64,000 nucleotides of DNA from an uncultured Bacteriovoracaceae bacterium (GCA_964363305.1 CAYIHX010000015.1:1173-65172), one strand, 5' to 3'. Counted from the first letter of the stretch, positions 18,399 to 29,612 are shown. Notes: generated by a model from the letters alone, not told the origin. Translations and numbers: made by a program.

Positions 18399-19169
18399 TT
18401 GGGGGTTTTCTTGCGGACGATTGGGTTTGTCTTTTATTTTCAAAGGGTTGGGCTTGTTTTTGGGCTTATGGCATCGGCAAGCGCCTATGCTGCTCATCCC
18501 ACGAGGTTTCTCCAGGAGGACGACGAGCTGAGACTTACCCCCGCGGACGTGCGGCGGGTTGACCATCTTCCCGCCTCTGCAATTGCGATTTCGACCTGGC
18601 GATCGGGACTTCGGTTCACGACGGACGCGTCGATGCTCCTGACTGGGGCGGATTTTGATTCGATATTGAGAGATTCTCGTGCTTTTGGGCAATATCGGCA
18701 GATGCGCATGCCGAATCTCATCGCTAGCGATGTGGTAATCCCTGGCGCGAGCGATTTCGTGGTCTGGACCCACATGGAGACGCGGGTGTTGATTTTTAGC
18801 CAGGTATCAAAGCATTTCATTCAAGTGCGTTTGATGCCCGGGGAAAACGAACGGGGAGGGATAGGCCAGACTTGGGTCCTCTATCACCCCACAGAGGCGG
18901 AGAGGCGCGCACGTGGATTTAGTGCGGCTGCAAAGCCTGATTTCAGTGCCTTTAGCGATTTTTGGGGCGCCTGGTACATGGAGCCGCAACCCGACGGCTC
19001 TATCTATTGCCGATACGTGATCTCTGGCTTAGTCAGAAATCCCCTTGTGAATGGTGGCCCGGGCGCCTCCGTGGCTATGCGCCAGTTTGGCAATGGGGTA
19101 TATGGAGTGATGAGTCGTCTTTTCGAAAGAGCTCATCTTCGCGCCCAGGCGGTTCAACGGACACCCTAG
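18399..19169 (+). CDS. Hypothetical secreted protein (possibly SRPBCC/START-like)
   Basis: Signal peptide ending ASASAYA. No clear domain; secondary-structure pattern weakly suggests SRPBCC. Confidence 0.35.
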   Translation: MGVFLRTIGFVFYFQRVGLVFGLMASASAYAAHPTRFLQEDDELRLTPADVRRVDHLPASAIAISTWRSGLRFTTDASMLLTGADFDSILRDSRAFGQYRQMRMPNLIASDVVIPGASDFVVWTHMETRVLIFSQVSKHFIQVRLMPGENERGGIGQTWVLYHPTEAERRARGFSAAAKPDFSAFSDFWGAWYMEPQPDGSIYCRYVISGLVRNPLVNGGPGASVAMRQFGNGVYGVMSRLFERAHLRAQAVQRTP

Positions 19170-19203
19170 ACCTGGCAACCACGCTAGTTATACGCTGGGA
19201 TTC

Positions 19204-21486
19204 ATGAGCGAAAAATTGGCCCCGCTCGATGGGCAGGAGCACATTAAGCGGAAGCGGGAGTGGCTCGCTATCGTTTTGCTTGTCGGCCTGTTTGCAGGCC
19301 TGACGGCGCTTGAATTTCGTTTTACAAAAATTTCGAGCACCCTTCCGTTCGTTACTTCGATTTTTTTCTTCGGGTTGCTTAACATCAATCTTATTATCTT
19401 GATCGCGTTAGTTTGGCTGGTTTCACGTAATATCGGCAAACTTTTCATCGAACGTAGACGGCGCGTTCTAGGCTCGCGATTGAAAACTCGGTTGGTGATC
19501 GCTTTTCTCGGGCTGTCGATCACGCCAACTCTTGTTTTGTTTGTTGTCTCGGCGCTTTATATCAATTCGAGTTTCGACAAATGGTTTTCTTTGAAGATCC
19601 AGAATACGCTTCAAGCCTCGCTCGACATTACGCGCACTTATTATCGGAATGCCGAACAAACGACCACCCACTTCGCGGAGCACATGGCAAAGAGTCTGCA
19701 GAGGAGACTTCTAACGGAGCGGCAGGGCTTGGGGGCTGCCGGGGCGCCTCCCCTGCAGATTCCCTCGTGGCTTCCTGTTTTTCTTGAAGCGCAAAGGGAC
19801 CTCCTCGCTCTCGATGCGGTCGAATATTATTCCGGCCCGGTCGACGAACGTTCTATTGCGCAGCGCCCGTATAGCAAGGAGCGCCCAGATCATTTTCCTC
19901 GATTGAGCGTCGACCTTCTGGAGAAGGCATTTGCCGGCGAGACCATCTCTGCCATTCAGCACATCGGATCGGGAGATCTGATTCGAACGATCATACCAGT
20001 GCGAACTCCCGATCGAAGCGTTCTCGGGGTTGTTGCCGTCAATAGCTTCATTCTTGTCAGTTTGGTGAACAAGGTCGATGAAATTTCCAGTGTTTTTGAG
20101 GATTACAAAGACGTCAATCCGCTCAAATACCCGATGAAGACCACCTATTTGGTGATTCTGATCATGATCACACTCGTTTTGATCTTCGTCGCGATTTGGG
20201 TGGGGCTCTATATGGCGAGAGAGCTGACTGTTCCGCTCGAACGATTGGTCCAGGGAGCGCAGGCCGTGGGTGCGGGCAATCTCGATGTGCGAATCGCCGG
20301 GACGGGCCATGATGAAATCGCTGTTTTGGTAGAGTCTTTCAATCGAATGACAGCCGACCTGGGCGAAAACCGTCGTCGGCTAGTGCAGGCCAGCGCGGAT
20401 TTGGAAAAGCGACGCTTACAGCTCGAAGCGGTTCTGACGAATGTGGGTACCGGTGTGATCGTCGTGGACCAGGCCGGGGAGGTGACCACTTTCAACAGGT
20501 CGGCCTCCTCCTTGCTCTCCATCCCGTCTGCTTCGGCATTAGGTAAACCTTTTGAGGAGGTTTTGCCGCCTGAATGCGAGGACCTTGTCGCGTCCGTGAA
20601 GGATTCGTTGGCTACCCTGAATCAGGGTCGAGGGGGGGCGAGCTCTTCGCCTGAACCAGTGCAATGGGCGATGAGAATGGCAGACGAGGTGCGAACCTAT
20701 AATGCGGTATTGACGCCACTTCGAGATTTGCTGAGGGACACTCCTACCGGGGTCGTCATCGTCATTGACGATCTCACTCATCTGGTCAAGGGCCAACGCG
20801 AGATGGCTTGGCGCGAGGTCGCCAGGCGAATCGCGCATGAGATCAAAAATCCACTGACTCCGATCAAGCTTTCGGCGCAACGGCTCCAGCGCCGATTAGG
20901 AGATCTGCGAGGAAAAGACGCCTCTCTCCTCAAAGAGTGCACGGATACGATCATTCGCCATACGGACGAGTTGAAGGAGATGGTGAACGAATTTTCAAAT
21001 TTTGCTAGATTTCCAGAAATTTCCCCCGCCCCCCATGACTTGAATCACGCGTTGGCTGAGGTGGTCTCTCTGTATAGTCAGGCGCATCGGGAAATTCAGT
21101 TCCCTTTTGAGCCGGATACAAACCTACCGGTTTTCGATTTCGATCGAGATCAGGTGAAGAGAGTGTTGATCAACTTGATTGATAATGCTGTCGCCGTTTC
21201 ACCGCGTAGAATAAAAGTGGAGACTCATTTTAATGCGGATCTTCAGATGGCTGCCTTGGTGGTGACGGACGACGGTCCGGGGATGCCCGAGGAGGTCCGA
21301 ACTCGGGCGTTCGAGCCTTATTTTTCGACCAAGAGCGGTGGCTCCGGCCTTGGATTGGCAATTGCGAAGCGAATCATTAATGATCATGATGGTTTCATTC
21401 GGGTTCAGTCTTCTCCTGAGGAGGGGACCAAATTCCTCATTGAGTTACCCACTGGATCTCGGCAGAAGATGGTGAAGAGCAAATGA
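19204..21486 (+). CDS. NtrY-like sensor histidine kinase (TM, HAMP, PAS, HisKA, HATPase)
   Basis: Multi-TM N-terminus, HAMP (LERLVQGAQAVGAGNLDVRI), H-box RIAHEIKNPLTPIKLSAQRL, HATPase VTDDGPGMPEE...GGSGLGLAIAKRII. Confidence 0.85.
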   Translation: MSEKLAPLDGQEHIKRKREWLAIVLLVGLFAGLTALEFRFTKISSTLPFVTSIFFFGLLNINLIILIALVWLVSRNIGKLFIERRRRVLGSRLKTRLVIAFLGLSITPTLVLFVVSALYINSSFDKWFSLKIQNTLQASLDITRTYYRNAEQTTTHFAEHMAKSLQRRLLTERQGLGAAGAPPLQIPSWLPVFLEAQRDLLALDAVEYYSGPVDERSIAQRPYSKERPDHFPRLSVDLLEKAFAGETISAIQHIGSGDLIRTIIPVRTPDRSVLGVVAVNSFILVSLVNKVDEISSVFEDYKDVNPLKYPMKTTYLVILIMITLVLIFVAIWVGLYMARELTVPLERLVQGAQAVGAGNLDVRIAGTGHDEIAVLVESFNRMTADLGENRRRLVQASADLEKRRLQLEAVLTNVGTGVIVVDQAGEVTTFNRSASSLLSIPSASALGKPFEEVLPPECEDLVASVKDSLATLNQGRGGASSSPEPVQWAMRMADEVRTYNAVLTPLRDLLRDTPTGVVIVIDDLTHLVKGQREMAWREVARRIAHEIKNPLTPIKLSAQRLQRRLGDLRGKDASLLKECTDTIIRHTDELKEMVNEFSNFARFPEISPAPHDLNHALAEVVSLYSQAHREIQFPFEPDTNLPVFDFDRDQVKRVLINLIDNAVAVSPRRIKVETHFNADLQMAALVVTDDGPGMPEEVRTRAFEPYFSTKSGGSGLGLAIAKRIINDHDGFIRVQSSPEEGTKFLIELPTGSRQKMVKSK

Positions 21487-22880
21487 ATCACCGCGAAATT
21501 CTTATCATCGATGATGAAGCCTCGATTCGAACCACCCTCGCGGAGGCGCTGAAGGACGAAGGATACCGCGTCATCGTTGCGGCGGACGGCAAAGCCGGGT
21601 TGGAGAGTATCCGGGAGAACCATCCCGACGTAGTACTGCTGGATATTTGGATGCCTGGAATCGATGGGATTGAGACCCTGAAGCAGATCAAGGCGGGAGA
21701 TCCCGGACAGGTAGTCATTATGATGTCCGGGCATGGCACCATTGAAACGGCCGTGAGATCGACCAAATTTGGTGCTTACGATTTCATTGAGAAGCCCCTT
21801 TCGCTGGAAAAGCTACTGGTCACCTTGGCCAACGCTCTGAGCGCGCAGGACCTCGCCCGAGAAAACCGAGTTTTGCGCAAACAGGTGAGGAAGCAAAGGC
21901 TCCTCGTGGGGGAGAGTCCTCAAATGCGGCAGCTGATGGACTTGATACGTAGGGTGGCGCCGACCACCGGTTCAGTCCTCATTACGGGAGAGAATGGAAC
22001 GGGAAAAGAGTTCGTTGCTCATGGTATTCACTCGCACTCCTTGCGTTTCGTGAAGCCATTTGTCGAAGTGAACTGCGCGGCCATCCCTGAAGAGCTCATC
22101 GAGAGTGAGCTTTTTGGCCACGAAAAGGGCGCCTTCACCGGGGCGACCCACCTCCGTCGAGGAAAGTTTGATCTGGCGAACGGTGGTACGCTTTTTTTAG
22201 ACGAGATCGGCGACATGTCGTTGAAGACCCAGGCCAAGGTATTGCGCATCCTTCAGGAGCAGAAGTTCGAGCGGGTGGGCGGCACGCAAACTCTGTCGGT
22301 GGATGTTAGAATTGTTGCCGCCACGAACAAAGACTTGAAAGCCGAGATTGCTCGAAATCAGTTTCGTGAGGATCTCTATTACCGCCTCAACGTGATTCCC
22401 ATACAGGTGGCGCCTTTGCGGGAACGAGGCGGCGATGTCGCGCTCCTCGCGGCCCATTTTCTAGTGGAAAACGCCCAGGCCTATGGGCGGCGGCCGCGAG
22501 TGTTGAGCCCGGAAGCGTTGCGGGCGCTCGAAAACTATTCCTGGCCCGGCAATGTCCGAGAGCTGCGAAACTTGATCGAACGCATCATCATCCTGACCTC
22601 GGAGTCCGAGGAGGGCCAGCCCGTCTCGGCTGCGTCTATTTTGGCTTATCTCGAGCCAGACTCCTCCCGCGAGGAGGGGGTCGTCGCTTCTGACTCGGAG
22701 GGCTCTAGTCCAGCCGGGCCGCGAAATTTGCGAGACGCCCGAGTCGAGTTTGAGAAAGATTTCATCGTAAAATCGCTTAAAGAAAACGACTGGAATATCT
22801 CAAAGACGGCGGTCGCCATGGGAATTGAGCGTTCGTATCTCCACCGCAAGATCAAGTCATACGGAATTGAAAGCGAGTAG
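21483..22880 (+). CDS. Sigma-54-dependent response regulator (NtrX/NtrC family: REC, AAA+, Fis-HTH)
   Basis: REC (ILIIDDEASIR...LLDIWMPGIDG), sigma-54 activator GESPQMRQL...ITGENGTGKE...ESELFGHEKGAFTGA, and a C-terminal HTH. ATGA overlap with the kinase. Confidence 0.9.
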   Translation: MNHREILIIDDEASIRTTLAEALKDEGYRVIVAADGKAGLESIRENHPDVVLLDIWMPGIDGIETLKQIKAGDPGQVVIMMSGHGTIETAVRSTKFGAYDFIEKPLSLEKLLVTLANALSAQDLARENRVLRKQVRKQRLLVGESPQMRQLMDLIRRVAPTTGSVLITGENGTGKEFVAHGIHSHSLRFVKPFVEVNCAAIPEELIESELFGHEKGAFTGATHLRRGKFDLANGGTLFLDEIGDMSLKTQAKVLRILQEQKFERVGGTQTLSVDVRIVAATNKDLKAEIARNQFREDLYYRLNVIPIQVAPLRERGGDVALLAAHFLVENAQAYGRRPRVLSPEALRALENYSWPGNVRELRNLIERIIILTSESEEGQPVSAASILAYLEPDSSREEGVVASDSEGSSPAGPRNLRDARVEFEKDFIVKSLKENDWNISKTAVAMGIERSYLHRKIKSYGIESE

Positions 22881-22929
22881 CGGTGAAAGTTGCACACAGG
22901 GGGGGAGCTGACATACTGTTCCGCTCGCT

Positions 22930-24402
22930 ATGGCAGAAAAAATCACTCCCCGTGTCCAGGATTTCTCTCAATGGTACCAAGACGTCGTATTGCAGGCGAA
23001 GTTAGCCGACTATAGCCCGGTCAAGGGCTGCATGGTGATTCGGCCCAACGGCTACTCGATCTGGGAGCGAATCCAGAAGGATCTAGATGCGAAGATCAAG
23101 AAGCGGGGCGTTCGTAACGCTTATTTTCCGCTCTTTATTCCGGAGAGTTTTCTCAAAAAAGAAGCGGAGCATGTCGAGGGTTTCGCTCCCCAGTTAGCGG
23201 TGGTGACGCATGCCGGCGGCAAGGAGCTTGAGGAAAAGCTCGTGGTTCGTCCGACGTCCGAGACGATCATCAACAGCATGTTTTCAAAGTGGGTGCAGTC
23301 CTATCGCGACCTGCCGCTGCTGATTAATCAGTGGGCGAATGTGGTCCGGTGGGAAATGCGGACCCGGCTCTTTCTTCGGACGACCGAGTTTTTGTGGCAG
23401 GAAGGGCATACTTGTCACGCGACTGCCGAAGAAGCCGAGGAAGAAGCGCGAGAAATGCTTCGGGTATACACGCAATTTTCAGAAGAGACCTTGGCCATGC
23501 CGGTATTGGCTGGCCGTAAGAGCGAGAGCGAAAAATTCGCGGGGGCCCTGCGCACTTATTGCATCGAGGCAATGATGCAGGACAAGAAGGCGCTCCAGGC
23601 CGGAACCTCTCACAATCTTTCTACTCACTTCGCGAGCGCGTTCGAGACGAAGTTTCTCGACAAGGATGGCGTGCAAAAGTTCGTGCATCAGACGAGCTGG
23701 GGCGTGTCCACGCGTTTGATCGGCGGAATGGTGATGACTCACTCGGATGACAAAGGTCTGGTTTTGCCGCCCTCTTTGGCGACGACTCATGTCGCCATCG
23801 TGCCGATCATGGCGAATGCGGCAGCCAAGCCACAGGTTCTTGAGATGGCAGACCGGATTGCCGCGGAGATTCGGCGAGAGGCGGAGCGGGCGGGGTTCGC
23901 TTACGAGATTGGTGTGGTCGTCGATCGCGATGAATCTCGCCAGCCGGGTTGGAAGTTCCACGAGTACGAGCTCCTGGGTGTTCCGGTTCGCATTGAGGTC
24001 GGTCCGCGAGATCTCGAAAAAAATCAAGCCGTCTTGACTCGCAGAGATGACGGAAAGAAGGAATTTATTCCTCTGGACCAGTTGGCGGTGAAATGTATTG
24101 CGACCTTGAAGGCGCTGCAAAAGGACCTCCTCGAGCGGGCTCGTAGCCATCGCGAGGCAAATACTCATCGGGTCGACTCTTACGCTGATTTCAAGACACA
24201 GTTGGACGAGAAGGGTGGCTTCTTCCTGGCCTCTTGGTGCGGAACGAAAGAATCGGAGGCTCTTGTGAAGGAAGAGACGAAGGCCACTATTCGCTGCCTT
24301 CCTCTGGATGCGAATTTTCAACCTCAGAAGGATGATCGGCCCTGCATGATCACGGGTCAAAAAACCGGCAATGTGACCGCCATTTTCGCACGCAGCTATT
24401 GA
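22930..24402 (+). CDS. proS: Prolyl-tRNA synthetase, archaeal/eukaryotic-like type (no insertion editing domain)
   Basis: N-terminal [45 protein letters not shown] and class II motifs; 490 aa. Confidence 0.9.
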   Translation: MAEKITPRVQDFSQWYQDVVLQAKLADYSPVKGCMVIRPNGYSIWERIQKDLDAKIKKRGVRNAYFPLFIPESFLKKEAEHVEGFAPQLAVVTHAGGKELEEKLVVRPTSETIINSMFSKWVQSYRDLPLLINQWANVVRWEMRTRLFLRTTEFLWQEGHTCHATAEEAEEEAREMLRVYTQFSEETLAMPVLAGRKSESEKFAGALRTYCIEAMMQDKKALQAGTSHNLSTHFASAFETKFLDKDGVQKFVHQTSWGVSTRLIGGMVMTHSDDKGLVLPPSLATTHVAIVPIMANAAAKPQVLEMADRIAAEIRREAERAGFAYEIGVVVDRDESRQPGWKFHEYELLGVPVRIEVGPRDLEKNQAVLTRRDDGKKEFIPLDQLAVKCIATLKALQKDLLERARSHREANTHRVDSYADFKTQLDEKGGFFLASWCGTKESEALVKEETKATIRCLPLDANFQPQKDDRPCMITGQKTGNVTAIFARSY

Positions 24403-25130
24403 TCATGAAACCGATGAGTTCATCCATGCCAACTCGATTGATGGTGGCTCTTGATTATCCGACCTGGGCGGAGGCCCAGGCCCTGGTAACGAAGCTTCAG
24501 GGTTTGCCGGTTATTTTTAAGGTCGGTTTCGAACTTTTTGTCTCGGAAGGGCCTAGGAGTGTTGAGTCCTTGAAGGATCAGGGCTTTGAGGTTTTTCTTG
24601 ATCTGAAGCTGCACGATATTCCCCATACCGTCGCATCGGCCGTGAGGGCCGCGGGCCAGTTAAAGGTAGATTACCTCACTGTCCATCTCGGGGGTGGCCT
24701 GGAGATGCTTCTGGCGGCTAAGGCCGCGTGCGATGGGCCGGGGCCGAAGATTCTCGGTGTCAGCGTTCTCACCTCTTTTTCCTCGGAGGGTTGGAAGGGT
24801 GTCATCCAAGCGATGACTGGTGTCGATTGCTCCGTGATTTCTTCGGTCGAGGGTTTGGTTCGATTGGGAAAACAAGCAGGAATGGATGGAATTGTTTCTT
24901 CCGGCCAAGATCTCGCTGTCGTGAGGCGTGTATATCCGCGGGCGTTGACGGTTGTGCCTGGAATTCGACCACTGGGGACAGACGCGGGAGATCAGGCACG
25001 AATTATGAGCCCCTCGGAAGCAGCCCAGAATGGAGCCGGTGCTATCGTGGTGGGTCGTCCGATCAGTCGGGCGCAAGATCCGCGGTTGGCGGCGCAGAAC
25101 ATCCTTGCTGAGTTGGCGGCTGTCCGTTAG
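24399..25130 (+). CDS. pyrF: Orotidine 5'-phosphate decarboxylase
   Basis: VALDYP...FKVGFELF...DLKLHDIP motifs. Confidence 0.85.
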   Translation: MIMKPMSSSMPTRLMVALDYPTWAEAQALVTKLQGLPVIFKVGFELFVSEGPRSVESLKDQGFEVFLDLKLHDIPHTVASAVRAAGQLKVDYLTVHLGGGLEMLLAAKAACDGPGPKILGVSVLTSFSSEGWKGVIQAMTGVDCSVISSVEGLVRLGKQAGMDGIVSSGQDLAVVRRVYPRALTVVPGIRPLGTDAGDQARIMSPSEAAQNGAGAIVVGRPISRAQDPRLAAQNILAELAAVR

Positions 25131-25142
25131 GCGACCGATATT

Positions 25143-25922
25143 GTGTCAGACTTACTCCATCTCAGAAATCCCCACAGTGCTTTAGCTGCTCTCGAAAATC
25201 GCCCGCAGGACTGCGAGCGGGTGATTGTTCCCGCTGCCCTGTTGCGTTCCGATCGAGGCGAGGGCCTGTTGGGTCGTGATGCTTGGCTCAAGGTCATGAA
25301 CCTGGCTCGCAAGAACAAGATCGAGGTATTTGAAGCAGCGCGAAAAGAGCGTGATCCCCGCGATCTGAAGGATGGCCGCCAAGGGGGAGCAGAACTCTGG
25401 GTCAAAGAGCGTGATCCCCTCTCCTTGGAAGAGCTGTTTGAGGGCGTGAAGGAAAACCCTGAAGATCGTGGGCTTTGGCTGGCCCTGGATCAGATTCAGG
25501 ATCCCCACAACCTCGGCGCGATTTTTCGAACTGCGGCATTTTTCGGCGTCCGAGGGATCATCACGACTTTTGAGCGCGCGGCTCCGCTCTCGGCCACGGT
25601 CTATGATGTTGCATGTGGAGGCGTAGATGCCGTTCCGTTTGCCATCGAGACGAATTTGGCGCGTTCTCTGGAGCGAGCGAAAGACATGGGCGTTTGGACC
25701 CTGGGTGCCTCTGAGCATGCTGACCAGAGCGTAGATCAGATTCCGCACGATCGGGCTTGGCTGCTTCTGGTCGGAAATGAGGAGCGGGGTCTTCGTCGGC
25801 TGACGCTCGAGAACTGCGACATGATCTGCCAGATTCCGCCTTTTGGGCACGTGGTCACTTCTTTGAATGTTTCGGTCGCCGCGGCAATTTTGATTTCGAA
25901 GCTTTCTTCGGCCTCAACTTAG
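25143..25922 (+). CDS. SpoU/TrmH-family RNA 2'-O-methyltransferase (RlmB-like)
   Basis: LALDQIQDPHNLGAIFRTAAFFGVRGII and C-terminal SLNVSVAAAI motifs. Confidence 0.8.
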   Translation: MSDLLHLRNPHSALAALENRPQDCERVIVPAALLRSDRGEGLLGRDAWLKVMNLARKNKIEVFEAARKERDPRDLKDGRQGGAELWVKERDPLSLEELFEGVKENPEDRGLWLALDQIQDPHNLGAIFRTAAFFGVRGIITTFERAAPLSATVYDVACGGVDAVPFAIETNLARSLERAKDMGVWTLGASEHADQSVDQIPHDRAWLLLVGNEERGLRRLTLENCDMICQIPPFGHVVTSLNVSVAAAILISKLSSAST

Positions 25923-26913
25923 CGGGGCCGATGGTTCGGATATAGTCGAGTCGAAAGGGCCAAAGCAGGGTCGTTTCTTCTTTGAGAACCAAAAACTCGC
26001 CATCTGGCAGGCTAAAGCTTCCGAGGGCATGACCTCTTAATTGACAGATTTTCCGATTGGACCCTTCAAAAACGATATCCAGCGACGTTTTGTCCTCAGT
26101 CCATTGGTCAAGTTTCGCTCTCCATCGGTCGATTCGGGGATGGAGCGAGGGCTGATACGGCCGCACCTGAAAGAGCTGGCCGATTCCCGCGACGATTCGA
26201 AGACTCGCCTTTTCACCCTCGGCAGCGAGATTTCTTTGCGTTTCGCGATCCTGGATCGTGCTCCCGCCAAAAGTCCGAATCGCAGATTCAATATGTTCTT
26301 CAATGTCGTCTTCCGTGAGCCACTCGCCGATGAGTTGATGGTCCGCTTCGGGGTGAAACTGAAAGCCGTAGATTTGGCTTCCGATTCGATAAGCCTGGTG
26401 TGCACAGGCGCCTGAGCTGGCGAGCAGCGTGGCGCTGGGTGGGAGTTGAAAAGTGTCGAAATGCCAGTGGTAGACCAGAGGATCTGCCCCCGCCGAACCG
26501 ATAATCCGGTCTTCCGCGCCTGACGGATTGACTCGGATGGGATGCCAGCCGATTTCAGGGCGGGGATTTTTTTCGACTTTGGAGCCGAGGGCTCTGGCCA
26601 GAAGCTGGCCTCCGAGACAGATTCCTACGATGGGCAACTGGTTCGCCACTGCGGCGCGTAGGAGTTCGCACTCCTTGGGGATCCATGAGTGATCGTCATG
26701 GTCGTTGGCTCCCATGGGTCCGCCGAGCGAGAGGACGCCCCGAATATTTTCAACATCCGGATAGGTCTCATTTTCGTAGGGGTGAATCACCTGCGTCTCA
26801 ATCCCCTGGCTCTCCAGCGCGCGACGAATCGCGGCGGCGTGTTCGTAAGGGGTATGTTGAATAATGAGTACGGGCCGTCTTCGATTGGGTCCGAGGTAGC
26901 GTTTTTGACTCAT
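25855..26913 (-). CDS. Class I glutamine amidotransferase-like protein with long C-terminal extension
   Basis: GATase1 triad context: GICLGGQLLARALG (Cys), FQFHPE (His/Glu). Start set at MSQKRYLG. Confidence 0.7.
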   Translation of the reverse strand: MSQKRYLGPNRRRPVLIIQHTPYEHAAAIRRALESQGIETQVIHPYENETYPDVENIRGVLSLGGPMGANDHDDHSWIPKECELLRAAVANQLPIVGICLGGQLLARALGSKVEKNPRPEIGWHPIRVNPSGAEDRIIGSAGADPLVYHWHFDTFQLPPSATLLASSGACAHQAYRIGSQIYGFQFHPEADHQLIGEWLTEDDIEEHIESAIRTFGGSTIQDRETQRNLAAEGEKASLRIVAGIGQLFQVRPYQPSLHPRIDRWRAKLDQWTEDKTSLDIVFEGSNRKICQLRGHALGSFSLPDGEFLVLKEETTLLWPFRLDYIRTIGPAKLRPKKASKSKLPRRPKHSKK

Positions 26914-26992
26914 CCCTACCACTACGACGGAGTTTGAATTAATTGACAACCCAGAAAAGAGTTCTAAAGTCCTCACCTAAGGAGACTTACCT

Positions 26993-27595
26993 ATGAACAT
27001 GAAATTATTGAGTCCTTTGGCTTTGATCTTGATCGCCTCTTCGCCGGTTTTCGCGGCGGAGCGGAATGCTAAGATGAATCACGATGTCGTTCGCACCTCG
27101 AGCGCGGCTACGAGGTCGAACGTCAACATGTCGGATGTGGATGTCGGTTTTGGTCTGACCACCGTGGGTCAGTCGGGGCTCAGCTTGAACCTCGATATGT
27201 CTCAGACCACGAATCTGCAGATTATTTTCGGGATGGGTGTGGGCTCGAGTTCTTCCTCTTCTGCCGCCGCCATTGCGGCGGCACTTGCCGGGGTGCCTGC
27301 TAGCAGTTCGACCGTGACGCTTGGGGGCGGTGGTATTTTTCGTTACACTCTCATCGGTGACCGGAAGTTAGGCTTTCATGCCGGTGGTGGTACGGTTCTC
27401 GGAACCAATGGCGCGAACTTCTTCATCAAGATCATTCCTACCGTGGGCTTCCATTGGGTCTTCTTGGAGCACATCGGTGTTCATGTGGATATGGGACCGA
27501 ATTTCCAGATCCTGGCCTCGAGCCCCGCGGCGTTCAGTTTCAGCTTGGGCGAGCATGGCAGTCCGTTCGGCTTGAGCTTGCATTACTACTTCTAA
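26993..27595 (+). CDS. Small outer-membrane beta-barrel protein
   Basis: Signal peptide (AAERNA cleavage region), Gly/Ser-rich alternating strands, C-terminal aromatic end ...LHYYF. Confidence 0.5.
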   Translation: MNMKLLSPLALILIASSPVFAAERNAKMNHDVVRTSSAATRSNVNMSDVDVGFGLTTVGQSGLSLNLDMSQTTNLQIIFGMGVGSSSSSSAAAIAAALAGVPASSSTVTLGGGGIFRYTLIGDRKLGFHAGGGTVLGTNGANFFIKIIPTVGFHWVFLEHIGVHVDMGPNFQILASSPAAFSFSLGEHGSPFGLSLHYYF

Positions 27596-27657
27596 GACAA
27601 ATCCCTGCAATTTGGCTTGCCGGTGGGCCCGGGGTAGTATTACCTCGGGCCCATTCT

Positions 27658-27733
27658 GCTGAAGTAGCTCAGTTGGTAGAGCAACGGTTTTGTAAACCGT
27701 AGGTCGCGGGTTCGAGTCCCGCCTTCAGCTCCA
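27658..27733 (+). tRNA. tRNA-Thr (anticodon UGU)
   Basis: Cloverleaf: acceptor GCTGAAG/CTTCAGC; anticodon arm ACGGT-ttTGTaa-ACCGT; T-loop TTCGAGT; CCA encoded. Confidence 0.9.
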
Positions 27734-27797
27734 TTTTCCCTCTTCTCAATCGGAGACCCCCCTGTTACAAGCAGGGGCCCTAAAAGACATATTTGAT

Positions 27798-27883
27798 GGA
27801 GAGATACCCAAGTGGCCAACGGGACCAGACTGTAAATCTGGCGGCGAATGCCTTCGAAGGTTCGAATCCTTCTCTCTCCACCA
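27798..27883 (+). tRNA. tRNA-Tyr (anticodon GUA), long variable arm
   Basis: Acceptor GGAGAGA/TCTCTCC; anticodon arm CCAGA-ctGTAaa-TCTGG; long extra arm; CCA encoded. Confidence 0.9.
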
Positions 27884-28005
27884 TTTTATTTCGTAGGTCA
27901 GGCTGCAAATGCCCCTAAAGAAGGCATTGCGGAACTCCTGATTTTAGGGGAAGTTCCCGGTGCTAGATCAGCTCCGGGCCAGTTTTTTGGTTTTTAGGGG
28001 TAGGT

Positions 28006-28082
28006 GCGGGCATAGCTCAGTTGGCTAGAGCGTCAGCTTTCCAAGCTGAGGGTCGAGGGTTCGAGTCCCTCTGCCCGCTCCA
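28006..28082 (+). tRNA. tRNA-Gly (anticodon UCC)
   Basis: Acceptor GCGGGCA/TGCCCGC; anticodon arm TCAGC-ttTCCaa-GCTGA; T-loop TTCGAGT. Confidence 0.9.
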
Positions 28083-28083
28083 G

Positions 28084-28159
<76 letters not shown>

Positions 28160-28223
28160 TTTTTTTAACAACAGCTAAAGACCCCAGGAAGGTCAATAGC
28201 ACTTAGCGGAGGCCAGTAGGTAT

Positions 28224-29414
28224 ATGTCGAAAGAGAAGTTTGACCGTTCAAAACCCCACGTCAATATCGGGACGATCGGGCACGTCGACCACGGGAAGAC
28301 GACCCTGACCGCCGCTATTACAACCGTTCTCGCGAAGAAGGGCCTGGCTCAGGCTCGCGGGTACGATCAGATCGATAACGCGCCTGAAGAGAAAGAGCGC
28401 GGGATTACGATCAATACGACGCACGTAGAGTATTCGACCGTAAATCGTCACTATGCGCACGTCGACTGCCCGGGCCACGCCGACTATGTCAAAAACATGA
28501 TCACCGGCGCCGCCCAGATGGACGGAGCCATTCTTGTGGTTTCCGCAGCGGATGGCCCGATGCCGCAGACACGTGAGCACATTCTTCTGGCTCGCCAGGT
28601 CGGCGTTCCGGCGGTCGTGGTGTTCATGAACAAGTGCGACATGGTGGATGATGCCGAACTTCTGGACCTTGTCGAAATGGAAGTTCGTGAACTCCTCACT
28701 ATGTACAAGTACCCTGGTGATTCGATTCCGATCATTAGAGGTTCTGCCTTGAAGGCGATGGAAGGCGATGTGGGCGACCTCGGCGAGTCGGCGATTATGA
28801 AGCTGATGGAAGCTTGTGACAGTTACATCCCGCAGCCTAAGCGTGAGAAGGACAAGCCGTTCCTCATGCCGATCGAAGACGTCTTTTCGATTTCGGGTCG
28901 TGGAACTGTTGTCACCGGCCGTGTGGAGCGCGGTGTGATTAAGGTTGGCGAAGAGTGCGAAATCATTGGCCTTCGTCCGACGGTTAAAACGGTTGTTACT
29001 GGTGTTGAAATGTTTAGAAAGCTGCTCGATCAGGGCGAGGCTGGCGATAACATCGGCGCACTTCTTCGGGGTACGAAAAAAGAAGATGTTGAGCGTGGTC
29101 AGGTTCTGGCCCATGTTGGAACGGTTACTCCTCATAAAAAGTTCAAAGGCTCGGCGTATATCCTCACCAAGGAAGAAGGGGGTCGTCATACTCCGTTCTT
29201 CAAGGGATATCGGCCGCAGTTCTACTTCCGCACGACGGATGTTACCGGCGTTGTGACCCTTCCTCCGAATGTGGAGATGGTCATGCCTGGCGATAATATT
29301 CAGATCGAAGTCGAGTTGATCACTCCGATCGCGATGGAAAAGGAACTGCGTTTCGCAATTCGTGAAGGTGGCCGTACGGTCGGCGCCGGAGTGGTTGCGG
29401 AAATCGTCGAGTGA
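28224..29414 (+). CDS. tuf: Elongation factor Tu
   Basis: [22 protein letters not shown] motifs; 396 aa, near-canonical EF-Tu throughout. Confidence 0.99.
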   Translation: MSKEKFDRSKPHVNIGTIGHVDHGKTTLTAAITTVLAKKGLAQARGYDQIDNAPEEKERGITINTTHVEYSTVNRHYAHVDCPGHADYVKNMITGAAQMDGAILVVSAADGPMPQTREHILLARQVGVPAVVVFMNKCDMVDDAELLDLVEMEVRELLTMYKYPGDSIPIIRGSALKAMEGDVGDLGESAIMKLMEACDSYIPQPKREKDKPFLMPIEDVFSISGRGTVVTGRVERGVIKVGEECEIIGLRPTVKTVVTGVEMFRKLLDQGEAGDNIGALLRGTKKEDVERGQVLAHVGTVTPHKKFKGSAYILTKEEGGRHTPFFKGYRPQFYFRTTDVTGVVTLPPNVEMVMPGDNIQIEVELITPIAMEKELRFAIREGGRTVGAGVVAEIVE

Positions 29415-29506
29415 GGCAGATTCAATAGGTTCCTTCGGGGTTCATTCTCGGGGAGGAGGGCGAGTCGCTTTCTTCCCCGCTTTTTGAGTTTTGAGGGTAT
29501 TAGGTT

Positions 29507-29582
29507 AGGGCAGTAGCTCTAATGGTAGAGCGGCGGATTCCAAATCCGTAGGTTGTGGGTTCGAGTCCCTCCTGCCCTGCCA
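29507..29582 (+). tRNA. tRNA-Trp (anticodon CCA)
   Basis: Acceptor AGGGCAG/CTGCCCT; anticodon arm GCGGA-ttCCAaa-TCCGT; T-loop TTCGAGT; CCA encoded. Confidence 0.9.
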
Positions 29583-29612
29583 AACTTCAATTCAATCTTT
29601 TCGGGATAGGCC

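Noticed and set aside
19711-20880. Minus-strand ORFs (199, 104, 113 aa) inside the NtrY-like kinase gene
   Set aside because: Antisense to a well-supported kinase gene.
23479-24360. 293-aa minus-strand ORF antisense to proS
   Set aside because: Arg/Leu-rich low-complexity antisense frame inside the ProRS gene.
28248-29189. 313-aa minus-strand ORF antisense to tuf
   Set aside because: Lies wholly within EF-Tu, which is unambiguous on the plus strand.
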